Shown: piece after piece, positions 53,353 through 62,917 of the stretch
How positions within the stretch are numbered: the stretch's first letter is position 1
How the letters are laid out: each line of letters opens with the position of its first letter
Assembly (NCBI RefSeq): GCF_000181795.1
Contig: NW_003526943.1
Span: 124,001 to 186,917 of the forward strand
Reading direction: 5' to 3'
Length of the DNA stretch: 62,917 nt
DNA from: Trichinella spiralis
Taxonomy: Eukaryota
The notes under the pieces: generated by a model
Databases searched by the model: none
Told to the model about the DNA's origin: nothing
The model's input: only the letters and a program-made list of their open reading frames with translations
Position numbers and translations under genes: made by a program

Positions 53353-56300
53353 TCATAACGCTATGCTTCCTGTTTTCATTCCATCATCCACTCTCCACAA
53401 TCGTGTATGGTGTAAAGCACGCTCTAAACTATCAACCCATCGAATATATTCTTCATCATTGTCAGCGGAAAAAATGTGCCTAACGATGAAAAAAACAAAT
53501 CATTAATAATGGAATAAACCAGTGCAATGCTTAACACTTACTTGTATGTGGTGTTTTCAGAACTATCAAGATTAGGGATTTCCAAAAATATCAAATTATT
53601 TCGAGTAGATAGCCCTTCTGATTCAGCACGTACATGTTCGTTAATGCAAGACTGCAGTTCAATAACTTTCAATGGCTCCTAAAATATTCTTCTGTTATTC
53701 ATAAACATTTATCATTCTTTACCTTTTGAATATCTTCAGGAAAACGCCAAAATTTTAAAACACCTTCCGCAAGAACACCATAATACAAGTGCCAAACGTG
53801 TGGTACTTTACTGTCATCGAACACATTCTAAATCCAAACATTGTAATTTTACGGTAGTCATCACACAAATTTTTTAAAATTACCAAAAGGCCGGATTCTT
53901 TAACAGCACTCGCATTTTCAGCACAACATCGGAAATTCAGTATAACCACACCTTGCACGGGAGCTATATATTGCATCTATAACAAAGGATTTCAATACTG
54001 TTAAGTTAAACAAATTTCATTCATTTAAATAAATGCCTTTTCAAAGTTAAAACGTGTTCGTTGGACTGTTTCCAGACATATGTCAAGTTGACCAACCATA
54101 TTAAATCTAGTATCCATCAGACCAGACGGCCCACCAATACTTACTGTTCCACCTACAATTTCGTATAAGAAAACAGATCACTATAAAACAATAACTCAAA
54201 ATTGGCTTCTACATACATTTCATTTTCTTCAAACTGTCGCCATTTATATGGTACTTCATTTCATGTGGTATTTCTTCTCGTCCGGTGATCTTAAAATATT
54301 TTTGTTATTCATTTTATTTCAAAATCTAAATTAACAAATATATTATAAATGTAATAATAATTTACAGCCGTGAATACATTTTACTTTACATTAAATAAAA
54401 ATTAAAATAAATTAATAATTATTTTTGATAAATGTTAGCTTAAATAACTTCCTGTATTCTTTTTTAATATGTGTTTTCTTTGGAAATCTACATACCAAAG
54501 AATAGAGCTCCAGAGTGACGCGAAAATCAGGTGGCAGATGAGTAAATTGGAAATAATTCGTAAATTCCAAACGTCCCGCTTGCTTCCCATCATCACTTGT
54601 AACCATGTGTGTTGCATGCACTGTCTCACGATATTTCAACAAGCATATAAAATAATACATTATTCTGTCTAAACACAAATGTATAAATGAATTAGAATAT
54701 TCATTTCAAAAATCTGAATAAAAAAACACCTGTTTTGTTAATATTATCATTCACCCAATCACGACGAAGTGGAATAGAAATATGTGAAACAGTCAGAGTA
54801 CCGAGTGGACAATTCGGTTGAAAATCGACACGGTTTTGAACACAAATCCCCATACGCTGCAATTCTTGATCAATACATTTTTTTCTTTCAGCTATAAACA
54901 AAAATATGTAATGAAAGATAAAAATGAAAAGCAAATTCTACTTGAAAGTAGCAAAGCCTTTTGTGCATCAACCTCTTCTCTAGAACCGCGAAATTCTTGC
55001 ATAGACTGGCACAAATTCAATGCTCGACTCGCTTGATGAATTTGTTCCAATTGGATTTTTAATGCTGCTCTCAACGACTGAAATAAAATTAAACATTGCT
55101 ATATTAAATCTAATAAAATATGAACAATGCCTACATCAGCTTTAATATGATAATTTTCTAATAGTGTATCCAATTTCATGGACTCAGCTTGACCGTCTGA
55201 TGCGTCTTCATTTTTCGATTGCGGTAGTTTGTATATCAGTCGATGAGGTGTACTTTCAGACATGTAATTTTTAACGTGATTACGATAACTAGAAACAGAA
55301 CGAAGGACACTGGAGCCACGTGGCTTGTTTTCTTTTGTCATCACTGGGGTTTCTAAATATGACTTTAACAATATTTCACTCGTTAATATGTTAAGAACAA
55401 CATACCCATCTGATCTTCCGGCGAAATTACGCTGCTGGTGCAAGTGTAGTCGATATCACTAAATTATAATCAACATTTATTTTCCAAATAAATTAAAACT
55501 GTTCAAATTGGACAAAACTACAACTGATTTAAGCTAAAAGCCAAAACTTATTTAATATCTAACCTGTTCACATTATTCGCAACCGAACTGTTATGACTAC
55601 AGTTTTCAAATGAATCATCCTGAGGTTGCTCAATTATGCTATCGTCCTTTCTTTCGCACTCTTCTTCGTACTTTTCAACAGTTTCAACATCACTTGAATC
55701 AGACGGGACAATTTCTGCTTCCTTGTCCGAGGTTTCTTCTCCTTTCACATCCTAAAACGAATGAACAAACATGCAAAATTGAAATCGGTAATAATTGAAA
55801 CAAAAAAAATAATATAAATAATACATTTGTTAGTTCAACATTTTTGGATACTGCATCTTCGACTCGTTTTTCCCAACATGAACGCAACCGCTTCACTTTA
55901 TCATTCGAAATTTCAAAAGGTTCTTCGGCAAGCTCTCTCTGTGGAGATTTACGAATAATAGCGCATTCCACTTTTTCATTAACTGCTGCGTTATCAACTT
56001 TCTCTCCTGAAGTTCCAACTTTAAACTTTCTAGATGGAACAAACCGAGGTCCGGGTAACTGAGAGCCGCCTTCAAACTGCTTTGTCAATGAAGCAACTAA
56101 ACCTGCAGGAATGAATGCAGACGGGCTCAAATCAGCATTCTTTGCACGGCATTCTTCCAATAAATTAATATTTGATTGCTCATCATCCATTTTTTCAGTT
56201 TGTTTTCCTTCAAAATCACTTTTCTGTTTTAGGAATTTATACGGAGAATTAATCACATAATCATTAATGTAAGGCTTTTCTGAAACAAAAGCCTCTATTC

Positions 56301-57300
56301 CACAATCTTTCCTGACTTCTTCTGTATAACGTTCTACTGGAGACTGATATTGCAAGCTCACCGAAGAAACAACTCTCTCATTATTTATATCGTCGACTAC
56401 CGATTCGTCTTGGTTGCAATTTTTAGGTAATTCAACTGCTTCACCAGGATAGCTAATTTTATCATTTTCAGAAGTCATTTTAACAGCATCACTTTCTGAG
56501 CTAGTAACAACACTGCGCCAATTTCTGTTCAGTACAGGAGAAGAAGTTCCCAATGCTGTACGCCTTGGAGGAAGATTCCGATGCACAGCAGGTTTGTATT
56601 CATATTCAAAAGCTTCATATTCTGCAGCTAATGCTTTGAATCTAGCTTTCCTGCTTTTAATTCCTTCACAAGGACTATCCCTTTTACCAATTTCTGCATT
56701 GCAACTTTCATTTAAACCAAGTTCATTTTTAGATATCTCAATATCCGCTGTGCTATACTTCTCACTTTCTTCTTGTTTGCGTAATTTCTTCGATGGTGAT
56801 GAAAAACTTTCACATTTCAATTCAGAAGATTGAAAAGTCAATTTCTGATCAGATACTCTTCGATCTGGAGTCAGTGGCATTGGTAAAAATCGGTCAACAA
56901 CAACACGCTCTGCTTGTTCTTCTTCATTCCCAGCCTCATGCGTAACTTCAGCAGCTTCGTTTAGAAATGCACTTTCTGTTTTTTGTCTTTCAGCAAAACT
57001 TTCACTGTTAGCATTTTCAACCATATTTTGAAGTTCTTCAATTTCTTTAAAACTCACTCTTTTACATGTTTTTTTCTTTGCTTGTTTTGTATCTTCCATA
57101 GGTTCAATTACATCACTACCTGAAAATTAAAGACAAAACATCAAAAAGTGTATTTCTTAACAACAGAAAACATCATACCTTCACAGAATTCCCTCTTTTC
57201 CAACAAATTCTCATTCTGATTTTCTCTAATTTGAGGTGCTGACGTGCACACTGCATCGATCACCAAAGAGTTAAGAATGCCTAATCTCTTACCAAATTTC
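53353..57300 (-). CDS. ANLN: Anillin (disordered N-terminus, anillin homology RBD/C2 region, C-terminal PH domain); start codon unresolved
   Basis: Large low-complexity exon near 57119-55831. The anillin homology region reads [82 protein letters not shown]. The PH domain reads [51 protein letters not shown] at 53353-53355. Confidence 0.92.
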
Positions 57301-60300
57301 TAAAATTTATAAACAGCTTTTATAAAAAGTCATATTTCAAACTGTCATATCATATTAAAAATATAGATACATTATTGAGAATAGTCAGAAACAAATATGA
57401 AGGTCAGCAATTAAAAATCAATCATTTCAATAAACAGAAAAAACTTTCTTCCCTTAAAGATTTTCAACACCATCGTTCTCAGCTCATAAATCATTACGAG
57501 TTTTTTTATTTAAAAGTTCTTACTTACAACGTCAGAATCTTTCTAAATTTAAACTGTTCTCAGACATCAAACTCAGAACTCAAACAGATATAAAACAATT
57601 GCATCAAAGAATAAACAATTAAAATTTATAAAAAAAAATCTTTAAAAATATCGAAAAAAAACGATGAGAAAATGTCACAAAATAACGATCAACATTTTGC
57701 TAATTGTTAATAACTTTCTTCTAATTTGTAAAAAAAATTGGATATAAACTGAAAAACAGTATAAATTTCAATAATTGACTTAAATTAATTACACATTATT
57801 CAGTTAAAAAAGCCAATTTTGTCGGAAAAACTTAATAATTTGCAACGAGCAACAACAATTTGGGAAATTTTTTCAACAATAGGGCATTATCTTCAAATAA
57901 GTAAAAGAAAATAAATAGATTTCCTTACATTGTCGGAAGCATCCATCGCCAAATAGAATAAAAACAGCTAACATCAAAACTTTCAAAAAGCCAAAAGCGG
58001 GACAATATACAGTAAAACAATTGTAATGCAGGTTCAAACAACTGTAAATTTCAAATTTTGAAATTTTGTGATACTTATGAACAACTAGAAATATATAATT
58101 TAAATGCTTAAAATGCATCTATTTTTAAAATAATAATGTTTTCATCAAAAGTTGTAATTTATAACAATATATCACTATAAACGGTGCCATTGCCAAATTA
58201 TTGGTACAAAAATAGGCGTTAAAATAATATTTGGGTAAATAAACTAATAAAAAATTATTTTAAAATAAATTTAAATATTTTTAAAAAATAAATGAAGTTC
58301 TGCTATTATTTTTTCAATAAATAATTCTGTAATACTTACGAGAGATTTTTAAGTCAAAAAATTATGTAAAATTATATTCAGATGATTTTTAGATCTTAAA
58401 GATGAACACAAAATGCAGTATCAACACTGCATCTTAATATAAATCTCATGAGCAAGCCCCGAAGAATTGGCGACACGATGGCTTTTGGTTATACAAATCG
58501 TTCTGTTCATAGGTAAAAACTGCTTTCTGCATTTAGAGTGACATATTAAATATAAGGAAAAGTGCATAATATAAGTATTGGCGGCCACGTTGTAAGAGAT
58601 TTTCATGGTTGACCGAGGCAACAAGGTACAGTATGAAAAAATATGCGTTGTGATCATAATCGCTTTTGGTTTGTGTTCTCGTTGATTAGTCGTTGTTGTT
58701 TGTACTAGTAAAAGTTTGTTTACCCGTTGCGAGTGTTTTTTCCTTTGGTTTTAGAATGGCTACGAAACCTGAAAGAAGTCACAAGAGCACGTCAAGTTGC
58801 GATGATCAACCTGATAATTGCGAATTTACAGTATGATTAGCCGAATACGACTAGCGACTCACAGCTCGCATTGTTGTCTTGCGTCCTGTGATTTACGAAA
58901 TTTGATAACAGTAATAATATCCTCGTTAGGACAGTTTTGCTGAACACAGTACACTTCACTTGGACGAACAGTTATCAACTTCCACTTTCTTTGTAGTACG
59001 ATATCAGTTGCTAACTGAATACTTCTCGAACAGCAACAACCTGGTCATTTAATATTGATTCGTTGGCACTGATACTTAGCTGAATGATTGATTTCCCATT
59101 GAGCAGACTCGGTATTAGCTGTTCGTTGATCTCCTCCAACGTCTTGTGGTTATTTTGGTAACTCTATCAGTAGAATAGCTATACTTTCGATTCACAGCAC
59201 ACATGTTTACAGTGACAAGACTGTAATTTCAGCTAGGCAGGATGGGCATGTTTATTTTGACACAAAGAAAATCTACTAAATAAAAAATCAATTTCGATGC
59301 TTTTCTAAAAAAAATAATGTACTTCTCACTGTAGAGAAGAGGAAAAATCATTATTATTATTATTATTATTATTACCATATAACTTAGATTATGTAAACGC
59401 TTGTCTAATATTTAAAAATTCACGGTTAGATACTTCGTCAATATAGTTACAGTATGACGGTACTTGAACCTGAAATTTAAATTTCTTCTTAATGTACAAT
59501 TTCACTTCTTTCCAAAACAGTTAGGCATATACTTTTTATTCTTTCTGGTCTCATAGATGCATTGTGCTCTTTTATTAAAAAAATGAATCAATAAATTATT
59601 TTAAAAAATGTGTCTAAACATAGAATATATGATAATGAAAAGATGTTCACCCTTAAATTGACATGACATGATTTGTTTAAGAATGGAACTTAAAAGAGTT
59701 TGTTTGCCGTTGAATAGAATGTATAGATAGAATTTTGAAACAAAAACCGTCATCTAGAATTAAAGTTATCCAACGAACTGTCTGCAGATTGTTAAATAGT
59801 ATTAAAAGTAATATAAAATTGTTTTCATACCATAGTTCCAAATTTGAATTTTCATTTTTTTTCTCTTTTTGATTTGATCATATTCTCACAAGAATTAATT
59901 TTCTATGATAATAAGATTTTTTTTGAAAACAAATCCACAAACGCACTTTCTGGTTTAATGTTTGCGAAAATAATTTATATTGAGGTCTCAGAATCGATAT
60001 TCATCAGTAATCAAATAATGTAGGTAAAAATGATTCATCACAGACTTCGTTATGCACTGTTCCTAATCAACTTAAATGAATTTATATATTGACTTCTCTT
60101 GGGTTTTAACATATTCCACTATTCTTTCAGATATTAAACGCCTATATAAAATTTAAATATTTTATTTATAAATTAATAATTTTTTTCAAAATGATAATTT
60201 GAAATTGCAAAAATAAATTTTAAAGTAAATCAACAAAAAGAAATGAATAATAATTTATTTATAAGCATTTTATTATTATTGCATTTGCTTTTTATAATTG

Positions 60301-60779
60301 CGTTATAATTTTTCTGGATTGATTCTTTTCATTCATAATACAAATGGTTTAAAATGAAATGGCAGAACAAAGTGAACTTGTACACAGTACATTATTACTA
60401 CAAGTTTATACAGTTATATGCATAAAATAAATTTTTTTTTAATTTAGAAATATTAAACTACATCATCAAAGATCGTTCTGATAGAAAAATGGTAACAAAC
60501 TCTTTACTGAATGACAGAGATGATTGAATTAATAAGCAATAGTCAGAATAATCTTTTTCATTTATACAGCACAAAGTTAAAAAAAATTTTTTGCACATAA
60601 CATTATTAAAGACAGAAATTGAAACTGTTTCCTGCCCTGTTTGCCATGGCAAAGTTGGTCCAAGTTGGACATTTTTCTACAAAAGAAGAAAAAGGACAAA
60701 AAACAGCAAAATACAATGTGTGAATCAACAAATCAATGTTGGAACCGGGGTATATGTTGGAAAAGAACGACGGAAACGA

Positions 60780-62219
60780 CTATTTTCCTAGATATTCTCG
60801 CGGAGGCAGGTCGATTCCTTTAATAATCGAATCCAACGCTTGCTCTTTGGTTTTGCCACATGTTAACAAGTACTGCTTTAAATCTCGCCTCCGAGTGCGA
60901 CACTTTTTATGCACAATTTCCCGAAATGCATGATTGCGTTCAAAAGCTTTGAACTTCCAACCCGGATAATAATGTTCGATTAATTTACAACAGGGCAAAA
61001 GACGATCAGGGGGAAATTCGATGCCCGTCTCATATTGGGTGCCGACGAACAGTTCTGACTTTTGTCGACCCTGCAAATTTGACGACAACGAATTCGAAGC
61101 AGGCAAAGCAGGCAACCGTCGCATGGCCAATTCCAACGGGTGGTAGACATAATCCAATAACGAGACCAGCGCTTTGCTTGCCGCCCAACCACTAGGCTCT
61201 GGCGGATTATCCTTCAGCATCTTCTCAACCACTGAAGCTGGGAACTTGTAACTATGACAACTGCCATGTTCGTCCACAACATTCGTAACAATGTAGCCTC
61301 CATCTGAAATTGCGCACTGGCCTTGCAAAGGCAATGCTGACGACATCTGAGCACTTTTCATAAACTCAGACAAAGTCTTACTCGAACACGTTGATATAAT
61401 TATTCCATCATGTTGTAATGAATTGGACAACAAATTATTATTATTATTATTGTTGTTGTTGTTGTTATTATTATTACTGTTGCTGTTGCTGTTATTGCTG
61501 TTGGTGGTGTTGTTACCATTGTTTCTCTTGTTACTATCCTTTGAGAAGTGATTCACATTACTTGAACTAAGGCATGGTAGGCTGTCCAGTATAGATCCGT
61601 TGAATGAATTTGTCGTTTCAATGAACGGTTTTTCATCCATCAATAATGGAGAACAACAACGTTTTCTTTTTTTCATATTCATTGCCGCCTGTTGTTGCTT
61701 TTGAATACTATTCACACCCCGTTCAATGTTCATCACACGCCGTTCAAGCGAATCAAAGCGACTATCGATTCGTGTTTGCAGTTGTTGTAATGTCGACAAA
61801 ATCACACCCAAAGCCGACTGCGGTAGTTCATAATTTCCATGTGACGCTTAAAAATAAATTTAAATGTTTATCATTTCATTATCAAAAATTATTTTAATTA
61901 AAAAATGAAAATTAACCACATTTTCATCATATAACAAATAAAAAATTTCATTTACAATAGCATCGAGCATACAGTAGAATTTACATACATGCTACTGCTG
62001 GATCATTTTTTACATTACTGTTAAATAAGCAAAATAGAAATTTATTTCCAAATTTCATTTTTTACTTTGATATCGCATCATTCCTGCGTGTAATCGCGCA
62101 TCATGACCATCAGATGCATTCTCTGTCGATCCGCTAGGACACATCGACCACATGGAGACGTCGTGTGATCGTGAAGACAAAGAAGCAGCAGAAAAAACAT
62201 CAGAACTTGCTGCTTCCAT
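60780..62219 (-). CDS. BEN-domain protein with an N-terminal coiled coil (putative transcription or chromatin regulator), at least 2 exons
   Basis: Exon 62219-62066 joins in phase 1 to exon 61846-60780. It has a coiled coil LQQLQTRIDSRFDSLERRVMNIE, an NLS KKRKR, a poly-Asn tract, and a C-terminal BEN-like pattern ALVSLLDYVYHPLELA..PPDRLL..IEHYYP..IVHKKCRTRRR. Confidence 0.75.
61435..61512 (-). repeat. Coding (AAT/AAC)n trinucleotide repeat giving a poly-Asn tract
   Basis: TTA/TTG repeats on the + strand inside the BEN-like ORF. Confidence 0.9.
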
Positions 62220-62917
62220 TACTGTAATTTCATACAATACTAAAGAATTAAAATTTTTCAAGTAAAAGGTACTTGTTTATGCATTCTCTGAAGCATTTTT
62301 TAATTATCATTTTATCCGACGCTATTTCATCATCATTTGCAAATGCCAGCTCTATGCACAACTATTACTCATCTATTTTTATTTTAATTAATCATTATGG
62401 AAACGTTTGAACCAATTTCATCAAAAATTACTAATGTCGCTTTCTTTATTCTTATTAATGTTTCATTCAGGGGGTCAGGGGGGAAAATGTACTTGATGAA
62501 TAGCATCTGTAAGTTGGTAAACGTTGCAAAAGTGAAGCTTTTCATCATGATAAAGTTGAACAAGTCGGAGGTATATTTTAATAATGCTATTAACAATCAT
62601 TCATTTATATCGTTAAATCATATATTACAACAATACATACGTATACATATTCACATACAGTACTACATCTTTACACATATTTATTTATAGATGAAAGTAA
62701 ATCATAAACATAAATCAATATCTAGAATGTAGAAATAATAATTTCCATATACATGCAGTCTCAGTTTTTCGTTGTAATATACATACAAACATCGATTCCA
62801 GTATTATATAGCATTAAGAATTAAAATATAAAAAAAACTATTAAGTTAAATCAATAGCTAATAATAAATAAAATAGAACATATGAATTCTTTTCGGCTAG
62901 TCATAAATATAAAATAA

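Noticed and set aside
1..62917. CRISPR arrays, rRNA/tRNA genes, intact transposase or reverse transcriptase ORFs
   Set aside because: None recognised. The repeats seen are simple microsatellites (for example near 8789, 13065, 29643, 39653 and 59350).

Overview
Very AT-rich eukaryotic genomic DNA with compact genes and many short introns, mostly 50-100 nt with GTAAGT-like donors and TTTTAG/TTTCAG acceptors. Composition and gene style suggest a clade I nematode such as Trichinella, which is an inference. I assembled about 15 spliced protein-coding genes by hand: a tetraspanin, a KCTD5/2/17-like BTB protein, SLC30A9/ZnT9, NIP7, CHMP2A/VPS2, a small single-pass membrane protein, a teneurin, an orphan Kelch-like protein, mitochondrial peroxiredoxin PRDX3, a divergent BRMS1/Sds3-like protein, ASCC1, a galaxin-like di-cysteine repeat protein, a lustrin/WR1-type cysteine-repeat protein, anillin and a BEN-domain protein. 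Four observations stand out. (1) The teneurin is intact from the intracellular domain through 8 EGF repeats and the NHL propeller, but stops just inside the YD shell with a nearby AATAAA, so it lacks the RHS core and toxin-like C-terminus. (2) An intronless galaxin-like gene is nested antisense in the last intron of ASCC1. (3) PRDX3 has an apparent TT-AG intron. (4) There are three probable GC-AG introns. I recognised no rRNA, tRNA or CRISPR features. Exon boundaries were read by eye and may be off by a few bases.
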